Below are positions 46,690 to 56,838 of a DNA stretch of 64,000 nt, piece by piece. The notes under the pieces are model-generated. The model saw nothing but the letters and a program-made list of their open reading frames with translations, did no database searches and was not told the origin of the DNA. The DNA is from a virus (taxonomy: Duplodnaviria > Heunggongvirae > Uroviricota > Caudoviricetes), in the IMG/VR virus record IMGVR_UViG_3300034160_000140; one strand, 5' to 3'. How positions within the stretch are numbered: the first letter of the stretch is position 1; every line of letters begins with the position of its first letter. Position numbers and translations under genes: made by a program.

Positions 46690-47298
46690 ATGACCGATCT
46701 CATTATTCCTGACCATGTGTTGGCGTCAGCAAAAGATTTTTTAGAACAAGAAACCTTTTTCTTTCAGAGTCGTGTGAGTGCTGTTTTTAAGCCGATGAAA
46801 ATGGTTTATGATGATGTTGGCTGTTATTGTGTCATTGCCATGACTAATGGTGATGAGCGATTTTTTGATAGTTATCCATCCCTTAACCAAGTTGTTCGAC
46901 ATAGAGTTCCTATTTCCATAAAAGAAGGCAAAAAAAGAATTCCTTATGCTATTGATTTGAATGCTATCAATAGTTCAATCAAACTGAATCATAGAAATCT
47001 TTATCGCAATAATTTGTGGTTTGAGTTTACGGGTAATGATTTAAATAAGGTCATACTTAATCAATCTATTACACCAGATGGTTCAGAGGATGTTAGGTAC
47101 TTGTTATATTCTGATGAGTTGAGCAGTCAGTTTAAGTTAAATGAAAGCAACAGTGCTGCTTTTTATGTTTTCAATCATTTAATGACGCATACTCAGTTGA
47201 AAGAGATTTTGCCAGAAGATAACTACTTTTCACAGTTTAAACATTTTGTAAAAACAGATAGTTCTCATATTGAACTTTTAAAGATGTATGCAATTTAA
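46690..47298 (+). CDS. hypothetical protein
   Basis: AGAGGTG Shine-Dalgarno site; promoter gtgcTATAAT at ~46655. Confidence 0.5.
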   Translation: MTDLIIPDHVLASAKDFLEQETFFFQSRVSAVFKPMKMVYDDVGCYCVIAMTNGDERFFDSYPSLNQVVRHRVPISIKEGKKRIPYAIDLNAINSSIKLNHRNLYRNNLWFEFTGNDLNKVILNQSITPDGSEDVRYLLYSDELSSQFKLNESNSAAFYVFNHLMTHTQLKEILPEDNYFSQFKHFVKTDSSHIELLKMYAI

Positions 47299-47342
47299 CA
47301 ATAACACGTTACAAAAAATCATAAATTATATAGGAGAACTTT

Positions 47343-47600
47343 ATGAGTAAACCGCTTTATATTTTAGTCACTGATGGTGGTGATGGCAGTTATAGCACTT
47401 CGTTTACGTTGGATTCAGAACTCATTCAACGGCTTGAAGCTGCGGCGGATAAGGGTTTGATGGATCATCCACATGCTGGTTATGATGGTGATGGCTTCCA
47501 TTATGATACTATTCAGGTGCCTGATGATGCAACATATGAATCATTAGATATTTCATTTGTTTTGAGTGATGATGCCGCTGATAAATTTGATAATCTTTGA
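47343..47600 (+). CDS. hypothetical acidic protein
   Basis: TAGGAGAA Shine-Dalgarno site; terminator 47625-47650. Confidence 0.45.
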   Translation: MSKPLYILVTDGGDGSYSTSFTLDSELIQRLEAAADKGLMDHPHAGYDGDGFHYDTIQVPDDATYESLDISFVLSDDAADKFDNL

Positions 47601-47702
47601 TATTTATACATTTTCACCAATTAACCGTCCTAGTGGCGGTTTTTTATTGCTTCTAAATTCAGTTTTATGGTATAATCAATTTCCAACATCGGAGGTTTAA
47701 AC

Positions 47703-47891
47703 ATGATTTTTACACCACATGCTCAGATTTACGTTAATGGACTTGGTGCATGGTTTCGCATTATTGATCAAACTGATGATAAGGTGCGGTTGGTTAACTC
47801 GGATGGTTACGCCAAGTGGGAAAGTAAAGCTGAAATCGAATCGTTGATGGAAAAGGATGAACCTTCTCTTTGCACTGATGGTGATCTATAA
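47703..47891 (+). CDS. hypothetical small protein
   Basis: CGGAGG Shine-Dalgarno site; promoter tgGTATAAT at ~47667. Confidence 0.4.
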   Translation: MIFTPHAQIYVNGLGAWFRIIDQTDDKVRLVNSDGYAKWESKAEIESLMEKDEPSLCTDGDL

Positions 47892-48028
47892 TGTGCAAGC
47901 CTTTTGAGTGGTTCTCAGTGGAAGCTTTTCCATTGTGGTTTGTGGGCACGATGGGCTTTTGTATGCTGCTTTTCATGGTAGCTTCGATGGTTGAACATCA
48001 TGTTAAATATGAACGAGTAGTGGGTTAA
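47891..48028 (+). CDS. small membrane peptide (45 aa), TAATG-coupled to the upstream gene
   Basis: 1-nt stop/start overlap; hydrophobic WFVGTMGFCMLLFMVASMV. Confidence 0.3.
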   Translation: MCKPFEWFSVEAFPLWFVGTMGFCMLLFMVASMVEHHVKYERVVG

Positions 48029-48058
48029 ATTGTTTTGAAGATTTTTGAAAAAAAATGA

Positions 48059-48087
48059 TTGACCGATAAACCGCTTCTTGATATACT
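48059..48087 (+). promoter_or_regulatory. sigma70 promoter (TTGACC-17-TATACT with TG extension) for small basic protein copy 2
   Basis: TTGACCgataaaccgcttcttgaTATACT. Confidence 0.55.
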
Positions 48088-48140
48088 TATCCCATCAAAA
48101 CGAAACAACACAAACAAACTAATAGGTTAGGAGATACAAA

Positions 48141-48275
48141 ATGCAAGGCTCTTTCGGTGACGCAGTAGAACGTTTTCGCGGTGGCAAGAAAAAAGACAAT
48201 GAACAAGCGAAGTATCACAAAAAAGATAACGAGTTTCGGAAGCGTCGCCGTAATCGTCATCAAGACGCAGAGTAA
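48141..48275 (+). CDS. small Lys/Arg-rich protein (44 aa), copy 2 of 4
   Basis: MQGSFGDAVERFRGGKKKDNEQAKYHKKDNEFRKRRRNRHQDAE; leader cccatcaaaacgaaacaacacaaac; GGAGATACA Shine-Dalgarno site. Confidence 0.5.
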   Translation: MQGSFGDAVERFRGGKKKDNEQAKYHKKDNEFRKRRRNRHQDAE

Positions 48276-48388
48276 AATCCTGTAAAAAAGGCATCCGAAA
48301 GGGTGCCTTTTTTGTTTCCGTTATAAAAATAGATTGCTTTAAAATCTGTTTTTTGTTATACTGTCACATCAATCAAAAAAGGTGACTT

Positions 48389-48769
48389 ATGAAAAATGTT
48401 ATTGTTTTTCAACCAAGCTTTGGAAAAGAAGAACGTAAAATTTACGAACTGAACGCCGAAGGCAAGTTTTATGGTTCGCTTCTTGATCCGGGAACTGGTT
48501 TTTCGTGGCAGAAAGTCGCTGATAATATCAATGGTTTTCATTTTTTTGATTCGGTTGATGAAGCTCAACTGTATATCAAAGAAAAACACGCGGGGGTTGT
48601 TGAAAAGTCAGAAGCTGATGTGTTTTGCCCTAAATGTAATCGCGGTTATATGGCGTGTGACCATTCGGATTTAGAAGTTTTTTGGTCGTATAAAAAAACA
48701 TGTGCCTGTGACCATACATTCAAAATTGAAGGTCGCCAAATCATCTTGTATAACGTAGTGTCAGATTAG
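48389..48769 (+). CDS. hypothetical protein with zinc-ribbon (CPKC...CAC)
   Basis: AAAAGGTGA Shine-Dalgarno site; promoter ttgTTATACT at ~48352. Confidence 0.5.
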   Translation: MKNVIVFQPSFGKEERKIYELNAEGKFYGSLLDPGTGFSWQKVADNINGFHFFDSVDEAQLYIKEKHAGVVEKSEADVFCPKCNRGYMACDHSDLEVFWSYKKTCACDHTFKIEGRQIILYNVVSD

Positions 48770-48794
48770 TTTCATTAAAATAGGAGAAAAGATC

Positions 48795-49148
48795 ATGACG
48801 AAGAAAAAAGTAAAAGAACCCGACATTGACCAAAAATCACCAGATTTTATTGCCTTTGTGAAGCAGTTTAACTACCGCATGAGCAAGGATAAGAAATCTT
48901 TCTACATGGAAGCCACCAGTTCTTGCATTGCTGATGAGGCTGTTGCGAAACCTCCACATTATGAAATCACGTTGGTGTTGTTTCCTGATAGTTCGTTGAC
49001 AACTTTTTTGGCAATTGCGGAAGAAATTTACAACAAGGGCCAGTCTTGCATGGATGAAATTCACGACTACTACGACACTCACTATCCAGAATATTCTTTC
49101 CAAATCACCTTTGTTGATTTGTATCGAATTTATTTAAAACATAAATAA
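48795..49148 (+). CDS. hypothetical protein
   Basis: TAGGAGAA Shine-Dalgarno site. Confidence 0.5.
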   Translation: MTKKKVKEPDIDQKSPDFIAFVKQFNYRMSKDKKSFYMEATSSCIADEAVAKPPHYEITLVLFPDSSLTTFLAIAEEIYNKGQSCMDEIHDYYDTHYPEYSFQITFVDLYRIYLKHK

Positions 49149-49238
49149 AAACAAGTTTTTCCATTTTTCCATAAATCATTGGTAAGTGGCTTAGTATTTT
49201 GCTATACTGCAGTCACTTAACCAAATCGAGTAATCATC

Positions 49239-49496
49239 ATGAATAACGTTCAGCAGCCAGCCTTTGAAACGACTGTAACCAACAAAGAACAGTTGGTCAA
49301 TCTTCTTGAACGAAACCGTGTTACATGCGTTGACCAGATGGGTGCTCTGTTCGATTTTATCGAATCAAGCAAATGGTCTACCTCTTTTCATATAAAAGCC
49401 TTCTGGGTTTATTCTACTATTCATGTCCATATGACCAATGCTGATGGCTTGATTATAGGTTTTGTAGAACGTAAACCTGCCCAACAAAATCTTTAA
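49239..49496 (+). CDS. hypothetical protein
   Basis: Promoter tgcTATACT at ~49203. Confidence 0.45.
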   Translation: MNNVQQPAFETTVTNKEQLVNLLERNRVTCVDQMGALFDFIESSKWSTSFHIKAFWVYSTIHVHMTNADGLIIGFVERKPAQQNL

Positions 49497-49670
49497 TTGA
49501 TTACTTATTGACTTATTTAATTTACTTGTTATATTGTTAATAACTGTTCCTCGACAGGTAATTGAGTAAAACAAAAAGAGATCTTCGGATCTCTTTTTTG
49601 TTGCCTAAAATTCTTATTTTTGATATAATAGACACTTATCTTATTATCTTAATGACCTATCTGGTGATTT

Positions 49671-49877
49671 ATGAAAATTGTTCAAACAATCAAAAAATTC
49701 TTCATTGAACTTCATCATGTTGCCACCTACAACATCGCTAACGAAGCTTTGGAGCGTATCAGGAAGCATAAAGAAATCATGGCTAACGGCACACCAGAAG
49801 AAAAGAAAGCAGCTCGCTTGAAAAAGCGAGTTGAAACCAAGGCACGACTCAAATGTTATCGCAATATGAGTGCTTAA
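49671..49877 (+). CDS. hypothetical small basic protein
   Basis: Promoter tgaTATAAT at ~49622. Confidence 0.4.
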   Translation: MKIVQTIKKFFIELHHVATYNIANEALERIRKHKEIMANGTPEEKKAARLKKRVETKARLKCYRNMSA

Positions 49878-49952
49878 ATTTAAAAAACATTGATAATGTG
49901 TTCATTTTTTGATATAATGGACACCTTCCCAAACAGAATAAGGTAACAGAAA

Positions 49953-50120
49953 ATGAAAGAAGTATGCAAAGAAGATGGTGTAATGTCCCCAGACTTCATG
50001 GCGGCAGTGGCTGCTGGTGCAGAAGTTCAAATCAATACTGAAACAGTTGTGGGTTGGATTACTGTTTCCGGTTCTGATCTGGAATTCCGTAATAGCCTCG
50101 AATATCGCATTAAACCATAA
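49953..50120 (+). CDS. hypothetical small protein (55 aa)
   Basis: AAGGTAACAGAAA-ATG; promoter tgaTATAAT at ~49905; not in the ORF track. Confidence 0.35.
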   Translation: MKEVCKEDGVMSPDFMAAVAAGAEVQINTETVVGWITVSGSDLEFRNSLEYRIKP

Positions 50121-50145
50121 TCAATAACGGTTGAGGCAAAAAAAA

Positions 50146-50355
50146 ATGATCTCAGTAAATGACAAAGTGGCAATAGGAAAAAATTCATCTTGCCTTGTTA
50201 TTGGTCAAATTTGTAAAATCATTCGTGTAACGGATATCCATAGTGGATCTTTGCTTTATACCGTTGAAGGTATATGTGTTGATGATGACAATCCACCACA
50301 TTACACCCGCACCTATGTATCTAGGAGCGAAATAACCAAAATAATTGGTGACTAG
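50146..50355 (+). CDS. hypothetical small protein
   Basis: GAGG Shine-Dalgarno site then ATG 50146; terminator 50405-50435. Confidence 0.45.
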   Translation: MISVNDKVAIGKNSSCLVIGQICKIIRVTDIHSGSLLYTVEGICVDDDNPPHYTRTYVSRSEITKIIGD

Positions 50356-50503
50356 TTATTTAGTCCGCAATTTGTGATTGCATGTTTTCATTCATGCAAT
50401 CCAACACCAAACCTGCAGAGATGCGGGTTTTTTATTGTCAAAACATAGCTTTTCGATCACCGATGTGGTATAATCAACTTTCAAAACCAATCGAGACATT
50501 CTC

Positions 50504-50947
50504 ATGAAAAAAGTACCAGCATCTACCCTCCTGACAGCTCTCAACAATACGAGTGAATATTCTTACCCGGATATCATTCCCATTATTCAAGAAATTAAGA
50601 ATGCACGGAGTCAAATTGGTGAGAAGCAACTGATTATTGAGATTAATACTGATGACGATTTTTTTGTCAATGGTGAATACTCTTACAGAGGCGTTTTTCC
50701 TATTGGCAATAGTTTTGTTTGTCAGGTTTACCTTAACGCCATCAATGGACTTACTTTCAGCCCGTTGAAAGGTAAAGAATATAAGTTGGAGCGTTTTCTT
50801 GAATTTATCCGTCAACTTTCGGTTATTTCAGACCTTGAGCAATCAAGCCGTGCTGAAACGGGTGGTAATCAAACACTTGAAGCCTACGTTCATACTCCTT
50901 CCAAAGTAATCCACTTTGGTTCTGTTGTCATTGACTTGGAAGCATAA
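50504..50947 (+). CDS. hypothetical protein
   Basis: Promoter tgGTATAAT at ~50468. Confidence 0.5.
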   Translation: MKKVPASTLLTALNNTSEYSYPDIIPIIQEIKNARSQIGEKQLIIEINTDDDFFVNGEYSYRGVFPIGNSFVCQVYLNAINGLTFSPLKGKEYKLERFLEFIRQLSVISDLEQSSRAETGGNQTLEAYVHTPSKVIHFGSVVIDLEA

Positions 50948-50972
50948 CGTCAATAATTAATAGGTGATTTTA

Positions 50973-51185
50973 ATGACTATTCCACTTTTTTCATACTTTC
51001 ATGCCGAAACGGGTATTCTAACCACTCAGCAAGCCCCTTACATTGAGGATGGCTGGTATATTGAATCGCATCCTGACGGTAAGTTCAAGGTGTTTGAAAT
51101 TCCACAGTATGGCGGTGGAAGCTGCGAACAAGGGGAATTCACTTCGTTTCAACTGGCTTATGAATTTGCCTTGGCGTTGACTTAA
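50973..51185 (+). CDS. hypothetical small protein
   Basis: TAGGTGA Shine-Dalgarno site then ATG 50973. Confidence 0.4.
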   Translation: MTIPLFSYFHAETGILTTQQAPYIEDGWYIESHPDGKFKVFEIPQYGGGSCEQGEFTSFQLAYEFALALT

Positions 51186-51430
51186 ATTTAATTGAAAGGT
51201 CTTGCTTTTTTCATGACCTTTTGTTATAGTTATTAAGTCGGCCTTTGAGCCATGTTCCACGGTGTAGGCGTTCTCCTATGACTCAACATTGACGAGTGTT
51301 GTTTAGTTTCCCTTTGAGGCAGTTAGAAGACGGTTTTGACTACACAGAAAGAGATCTTCGGATCTCTTTTTTTGTTGGTCATTTTTAATTTTTATGGTAT
51401 AATCATGACCTATCTTAAAGGATTAGAACC

Positions 51431-51823
51431 ATGTCCAGTATTGCTAATTTTGTCGATTTCGGTTGTGACAAACTGAATGCACTGGCGTTGGATATTTTGA
51501 CTAGTCTTGAAACTAAATACGGTCAACCTTCTTGTGGGCGTAACCGTGCAGCCTTCACCAGCAGGCATTGCGTAATCAAATTCCCGCTTAATTTTGATGG
51601 CCTTCGTGACAATTCGATTGAAGCCAAAGGTTATTCCGATGACTATGCAGCCTATGCCAAAGGCCGTAAAATCATGCTGGGTGATTTTAATTGTGTGGTT
51701 CAAGAAAAACTCACCATGCCAGAAAAACTGCAAGGATTGCCAACTTGGGTGTTGTCGATTGATTGCTGTCAGGTAGGTTACGATAGCAAAGGCCGATTGA
51801 AAGCTTATGATTTTGGTGGTTGA
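51431..51823 (+). CDS. hypothetical protein
   Basis: AAGGAT Shine-Dalgarno site; promoter tgGTATAAT at ~51398. Confidence 0.5.
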   Translation: MSSIANFVDFGCDKLNALALDILTSLETKYGQPSCGRNRAAFTSRHCVIKFPLNFDGLRDNSIEAKGYSDDYAAYAKGRKIMLGDFNCVVQEKLTMPEKLQGLPTWVLSIDCCQVGYDSKGRLKAYDFGG

Positions 51824-51873
51824 TTAAAATGTTATTTTTTGGTATAATAAGCCATTGAAAAGAGGATTTATTA

Positions 51874-52248
51874 ATGCCAATTGTTGATCTGAAGGTGCTT
51901 GAAGTAAGCCCTAGTCCTTATGCCAATCAGTATGTGGTTGAAATTACATTTCTTCATCCTTATGATGAGATCACGGCAACCGAAACAGCCGTGTTTTCAG
52001 TTGGTCAAAAAGCTGACGTGATTGAATTTGTAAACTTCTTGAACGAAGCCGGTGACTATGTTCGAGAACATGGCCTAGAACCTGATGAAGTTAAAGGTTA
52101 TGAGAAATGGTGCGAATACAGTGAACCCGGCTTGCAAGTTTGGCCTTCTGATGCGAACGGTAATTACTTTGCTAACTTGGAAGACGTTGATGTCTCCTAC
52201 TTCGATGTTTTTGGTAATTGCTTTGATGTAGAGTTGGTCGAGGGCTGA
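51874..52248 (+). CDS. hypothetical acidic protein
   Basis: AGAGGA Shine-Dalgarno site; promoter tgGTATAAT at ~51840. Confidence 0.5.
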   Translation: MPIVDLKVLEVSPSPYANQYVVEITFLHPYDEITATETAVFSVGQKADVIEFVNFLNEAGDYVREHGLEPDEVKGYEKWCEYSEPGLQVWPSDANGNYFANLEDVDVSYFDVFGNCFDVELVEG

Positions 52249-52285
52249 TTTTAGTCCTATCTTAAATCTTGAAAGGATATTGATT

Positions 52286-52753
52286 ATGCGTATCAACAAA
52301 AACTTGAAATCGATCACCGCCGCTTCTGCGAAATTCGCCAAGCATCAATATCCTTTTGGCTCGATTTATGATTTTAACAAAGCCATCGTCAAAATGGATC
52401 TTGAAAAGAATCTATTTTCCGTGACCTATCTTGAATCGTCCAGCTATGACAGTGACGATGACAGTCTTTTTTATCAGGCTTCGGATACTGAGTATTTTGG
52501 TCTTGATAACTCTACACTTCTGTCTATCGTCCGTTTCCATGTTGGGCTGGTATTTCCAAAGGAAAAGAGCCGTGTTGTTCGTCAGGTAGCCCGTGATGTA
52601 GTCAAATCCATGCGAAACAAGCACGCTTACACCCAAGTTGGTTGGTATGGTCATTCGAAAGATTATTCGCAGTATATTATGCCAATTGATGAGTTCGTTA
52701 ATTTAGTGGCTGCTGCTGTTATTCCAGTCAATCAGGAAATGGAGGTAGCATGA
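52286..52753 (+). CDS. hypothetical protein
   Basis: GAAAGGA Shine-Dalgarno site then ATG 52286. Confidence 0.5.
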   Translation: MRINKNLKSITAASAKFAKHQYPFGSIYDFNKAIVKMDLEKNLFSVTYLESSSYDSDDDSLFYQASDTEYFGLDNSTLLSIVRFHVGLVFPKEKSRVVRQVARDVVKSMRNKHAYTQVGWYGHSKDYSQYIMPIDEFVNLVAAAVIPVNQEMEVA

Positions 52754-53025
52754 GTATTCTTGGATATATCGGCCTTGGTCTTTTTCTGTTGTTTTGTATC
52801 GGTATGATCTGGCAAATCCACTCTGATATGCAAGATACCAGTAGTGCGATTTCTCGCGGTTATGGTTTTGCTAATATTACGCACTCAGCACAGGTTTTTG
52901 AAGCTACTGGCGTTGATTTGTTGGGTGATATTGACTACTTGGCCCATGACCATAAACCAGCAAAGCAGAAAAAAACGAAACCTCGAAAATCAAACCCAAA
53001 CAGCGGTTTCGAATTTGAAATTTAA
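52750..53025 (+). CDS. small membrane protein (ATGA-coupled to 52286)
   Basis: 4-nt overlap; N-terminal TM helix. Confidence 0.45.
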   Translation: MSILGYIGLGLFLLFCIGMIWQIHSDMQDTSSAISRGYGFANITHSAQVFEATGVDLLGDIDYLAHDHKPAKQKKTKPRKSNPNSGFEFEI

Positions 53026-53133
53026 AAAGCTTGTGTAAAAACTGCTTTTTATGTATAATAGCCCTAAGAAAGATGAATTGAACAAAAGACAAAGTTTTCA
53101 GAAATGATTTACTCACTTATTAGAGGATCTAAA

Positions 53134-53430
53134 ATGAACACTTCAACAGCTTCTAGCGGTCATTTGTTGTTTGTTAATGGTTCTATTATGGATGGTACGT
53201 TTGAGTGCGATCCTGTTCAATTGCCTGTTCTTAACGAGGCAATCACTACCTATTCATCGTTGGTCAATAAGCACTCTCTTGCAACGGATCAGAAGCCTTT
53301 CACGGGTGAAGTCTCCTTGGTTGAGTTGTTGGCCTACATCCATGCTTATTATGACATCACAAACCCTTTGCTTAAAGACATGGCTGAATGTTTGTTGATC
53401 ATTCATCGCAAGAGCATCACTATCCATTAA
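53134..53430 (+). CDS. hypothetical protein
   Basis: GAGGAT Shine-Dalgarno site then ATG 53134; promoter atGTATAAT at ~53053. Confidence 0.45.
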   Translation: MNTSTASSGHLLFVNGSIMDGTFECDPVQLPVLNEAITTYSSLVNKHSLATDQKPFTGEVSLVELLAYIHAYYDITNPLLKDMAECLLIIHRKSITIH

Positions 53431-53495
53431 TTGTTGTGGACAAAAAAACTCATTTTTGCTATAATCATTTTCTAAATTTGAAGTGGAGTGGCGTC

Positions 53496-53846
53496 ATGGT
53501 TGGTTACGAGCGTAAATTTGAAATCAGTAAAAGTTCCATTATGCAGCCAGACCGCCAATGGATCGTAATCACGTTTAAACCGAATGGTTACTGGTCTGAG
53601 GAAGCGATCAAGGTTCGGGCCGTTGTTATTAATAAACAAGGTATTGAAGTCTCCATCAATAACTCAATGGGTGGTGAAGCTGAATATGACTCGATTGCTC
53701 GGGCTGAATCTTTTCATTCGGCCTATGGTCAAGCCATTCTGGATATGAAACGTATTCACGAAGCGTTCGCGTCTGGACAGCGGGATATTGATGACATCAT
53801 GAACCATGTCAATGACCAATATGCCATTGACAAAGCCAGTCGTTAA
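53496..53846 (+). CDS. hypothetical protein
   Basis: GAAGTGGAG Shine-Dalgarno site then ATG 53496; promoter tgcTATAAT at ~53457; terminator 53855-53885. Confidence 0.5.
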   Translation: MVGYERKFEISKSSIMQPDRQWIVITFKPNGYWSEEAIKVRAVVINKQGIEVSINNSMGGEAEYDSIARAESFHSAYGQAILDMKRIHEAFASGQRDIDDIMNHVNDQYAIDKASR

Positions 53847-53955
53847 TCGACACTGCTAAAAGACCTTCTTCGGAAGGTTTTTTTATTTCCAAAAAAAGAT
53901 TGTATGAAAACTTATTTTTGTGTATAATCAATCTACTTTCTTAGGAGATACACCC

Positions 53956-54699
53956 TTGAAAAACATGACTCCGATGGCAATGTTGAAACCAGAATTGGCT
54001 CAGTTTAAAGAACTGGCGTTCATTTCTTACTTTGAACTCAATCGCAAAGAAGAACGTCATACGTTTGCCAACGAGCAAATGTATGTGTCGGCGGCTGTAA
54101 CGTTTGACTTCATGGGTATTTTTAACATTCGTGGTGGTATTCACTACAATGAGAAAGGCCATCAGCGATTTGATCGCAGCTTCTCGTTTTGTTTCAATTT
54201 CAAAGATGGTGAACCTACCGTTCGGGCATCTATTAAGCCATCGAAAGACCTGTCGGCTGAATACTCGCGTGAATTCTCGGTTGCTGAAATCAAACCCAAG
54301 ATGAATGCTTTGCTGACCTTGGGTATCACTGACAAAGAAGAATTCCTGAAAGCGTTTGTTCAAGAATTTGACATTATTATCAGCTCGGCTTTGACAATTT
54401 CAGCTCTGAACGCCATCAAGGCCGAACGTGTCAAAGAAGTTGAAGATGTCATGGCTCGCTTCAAAGCCGCTAATCAGGCCGTTGACGCTGCTCGGGAACT
54501 GTTATGGGCTACCGAAATTGCAAACCGTGGCGATGCTCAATTGCCAAAACAACGTGCTCAAATGGGCGAAGCAATGGACAAGGCACGGGAATTACTGACT
54601 CAGCGAACGTTTCTGTTGACCAACAACACAAAAAACATTCCAGCGTATGCCCGTGACCTGTTCTACAAAGAGTTGAAGCAAAAAAATATCATTTCTTGA
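53956..54699 (+). CDS. hypothetical protein (TTG start at 53956, or ATG at 53965)
   Basis: GGAGATACACCC-TTG reproduces the GGAGATACA-N3-start spacing seen at 48141, 55860, 59039 and 60840. Confidence 0.45.
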   Translation: MKNMTPMAMLKPELAQFKELAFISYFELNRKEERHTFANEQMYVSAAVTFDFMGIFNIRGGIHYNEKGHQRFDRSFSFCFNFKDGEPTVRASIKPSKDLSAEYSREFSVAEIKPKMNALLTLGITDKEEFLKAFVQEFDIIISSALTISALNAIKAERVKEVEDVMARFKAANQAVDAARELLWATEIANRGDAQLPKQRAQMGEAMDKARELLTQRTFLLTNNTKNIPAYARDLFYKELKQKNIIS

Positions 54700-54799
54700 T
54701 AGTCGCTTGTTAAGAACCATTAAAAGCCCTGAATAATCTTGTTTTTGTTCGGGGCTTTTGCTATAATAGCCTTACTCAAACACAAATGGATTAAATATC

Positions 54800-55555
54800 A
54801 TGAATCGAGTCACCATCAAGAACTCCCCGATTGAAGGTCAGTGGATGTTGGTTGACACTCCAGAAAATTTGATGACTTTCATGGAACATACTTCCAGCCA
54901 AGTGGTTGCACAAGTTAGCCATTTGATCCGTGAGAAAGCCGAAATTGAAAGCTGGGGTGATGTTCCACGCACTACACCGGCTGCTGGCATCCTTGCAGCA
55001 ACTGTTGCTCACTGCAAACTTCATGGTAAAAACCCAATTTATGAATTGGATGGCATTATCAACAAACGTTTCTCCAATATGCTGGCAGAAATTCTTGATG
55101 GTAAACGAGTGCTGATTAACTCAGCAGGTGGCTATTGCTTCATGCTTCCAGAATGGGAAGTGGAGACAGAGGAACCTGTTGATATGGGGTGGAAACCTAC
55201 TCACGTCATCAATGCAAACACCCAATACATCAACCTTGAAAATGACCCGTATCTGGAAGAACACACACGTCAGTATTTGGGACAACGAGATGCGAATTTT
55301 TCCTACATCTTGAATTTGGGCGGTTATACAAAAGAAGCTTTGGTGTCGGTGTTTACCGAATTCAAAGCAAACGGTGGCAAAATCGTTTATGTTTACACCA
55401 CAGGTATGAACGTGCCTCAGATGTATGAATACTTTGATGCTGCACAGAAGGCAGGTTTGAAGGACTTTGAGTTCCATTTTAATGCCTTCATCACTGATGG
55501 TATCCAAGGCTTTATTGAGCATATCAAAGATCGGGCCAATGTGACTATCCTGTAA
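54800..55555 (+). CDS. hypothetical protein
   Basis: Promoter ttgcTATAAT at ~54761; terminator 55575-55600. Confidence 0.5.
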   Translation: MNRVTIKNSPIEGQWMLVDTPENLMTFMEHTSSQVVAQVSHLIREKAEIESWGDVPRTTPAAGILAATVAHCKLHGKNPIYELDGIINKRFSNMLAEILDGKRVLINSAGGYCFMLPEWEVETEEPVDMGWKPTHVINANTQYINLENDPYLEEHTRQYLGQRDANFSYILNLGGYTKEALVSVFTEFKANGGKIVYVYTTGMNVPQMYEYFDAAQKAGLKDFEFHFNAFITDGIQGFIEHIKDRANVTIL

Positions 55556-55656
55556 TACGAAGACATCAAAACAAAGGCACCTTCTGGTGTCCTTTTTTGT
55601 TGAGATAACTAATCAATTTTGGTATAATCAACATTCCATAACAGCGGTGAAAAATC

Positions 55657-55770
55657 ATGAAAGAAATGGTTGAAGGAATGAACAGTATCGTCATTATCGG
55701 TTTTTTGGCTATTGGTGTTTTTGCAGTTATTGAATTCTATTACCGGCATCAATTCAAAAAACACCTTTAA
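55657..55770 (+). CDS. small membrane peptide (37 aa)
   Basis: AGCGGTGAAAAATC-ATG; promoter tgGTATAAT at ~55620; single TM segment IVIIGFLAIGVFAVI. Confidence 0.3.
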   Translation: MKEMVEGMNSIVIIGFLAIGVFAVIEFYYRHQFKKHL

Positions 55771-55859
55771 TTGAACAAAAATATCTTTACATAAAATCTG
55801 ATTTTCGCTATACTTGTCTCATCAAAACGAAACACCACAAACCAGTCGGAGATACACAA

Positions 55860-55991
55860 ATGCAAGGTTCTTTCGGTGAAGCAACAGAACGTTTTCGCGG
55901 CAAGCAACAAGACGCTTCCAAGACCAAAGAAAATCGCAAAGAACGTCAGTTCCGTGATGCTCGCCGCAACCGTCATCAAGACTCCGAATAA
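55860..55991 (+). CDS. small Lys/Arg-rich protein (43 aa), copy 3 of 4
   Basis: MQGSFGEATERFRGKQQDASKTKENRKERQFRDARRNRHQDSE; leader ctcatcaaaacgaaacaccacaaac. Confidence 0.5.
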   Translation: MQGSFGEATERFRGKQQDASKTKENRKERQFRDARRNRHQDSE

Positions 55992-56002
55992 GGAAATCCA
56001 TC

Positions 56003-56311
56003 ATGTATTTAATTGCCGTTAAAGACCTCGATCCGAAAAATGCTCTTGGCTACATGTTCTGGTCTGGATTCAAAGCTGACGCACAAGGCGATGGCTCTCT
56101 GCCTACCTTCAACAAACCAATGGTCAGTGCTGACAAAGGCTTTCAAGAAAACGAAAAAAGCCTGCAGGCTACTCTGTTCACCACCAAAGAGTATGCTGAA
56201 AAAGAAGTTATTCGACTCAAAGAACTTATCCATAAACATACAGGTAAGTATTACGAGATGGAAACAATCAGTGCCGACTTGGCTGGTAGTATGTTGAAGC
56301 TCTGGAAGTAA
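56003..56311 (+). CDS. hypothetical protein
   Basis: AAGGAAATCCATC-ATG; terminator 56325-56350. Confidence 0.5.
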   Translation: MYLIAVKDLDPKNALGYMFWSGFKADAQGDGSLPTFNKPMVSADKGFQENEKSLQATLFTTKEYAEKEVIRLKELIHKHTGKYYEMETISADLAGSMLKLWK

Positions 56312-56403
56312 CCAGACTTTAAAGAAAAGGGAGCTTAGGCTCCTTTTTTGTTGCCTATTATTCTGTTTTTTGTTATCATCATAATCTAAATTAAGGAGGC
56401 TTC

Positions 56404-56646
56404 ATGAAAACGCTTACGACAAAAAATGTTGCTGGTTCAGTTGCTGAAATGATCGGTGTTGAAGATATGATTGCCGCCTTGAAAGAGCTTCCAGCCGGTT
56501 CAAAGCTATGTGTTCGTCAAGAAGGTTTTTACGCTCTTGGTAAATTTGCTGACATCAATTTGCCGGAAGCCATCACTGTAACCGATGAGGTTACAAAAGA
56601 ACAAGTTGTCGTCTACTCCATCGGAGACAGTGATCAAAACTACTAA
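56404..56646 (+). CDS. hypothetical protein
   Basis: AAGGAGG Shine-Dalgarno site. Confidence 0.45.
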   Translation: MKTLTTKNVAGSVAEMIGVEDMIAALKELPAGSKLCVRQEGFYALGKFADINLPEAITVTDEVTKEQVVVYSIGDSDQNY

Positions 56647-56838
56647 TCGACAGGTTTCAAAAGAAGACAGCTACGGCTGTTTTCTTTGTTTATATATTTA
56701 TTTTTATATGAATGTGATAGCATTTTGATATTTAAATTTATATAAAAAATAATTGACATCATTGTACTCCGAGGTAAATTATTAATTAAGAGTTGGGTTT
56801 AGACTAACTTGGAAGTTAATATTAATAACGGAGAATAC

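Noticed and set aside
55767-55979. Minus-strand ORFs antisense to the small basic-protein genes (also 60741..60959, 60826..61140)
   Set aside because: They are fully antisense to conserved, Shine-Dalgarno-preceded + genes, have no Shine-Dalgarno site of their own, and their hydrophobic sequences are an artefact of reading the Lys/Arg-rich codons in reverse.
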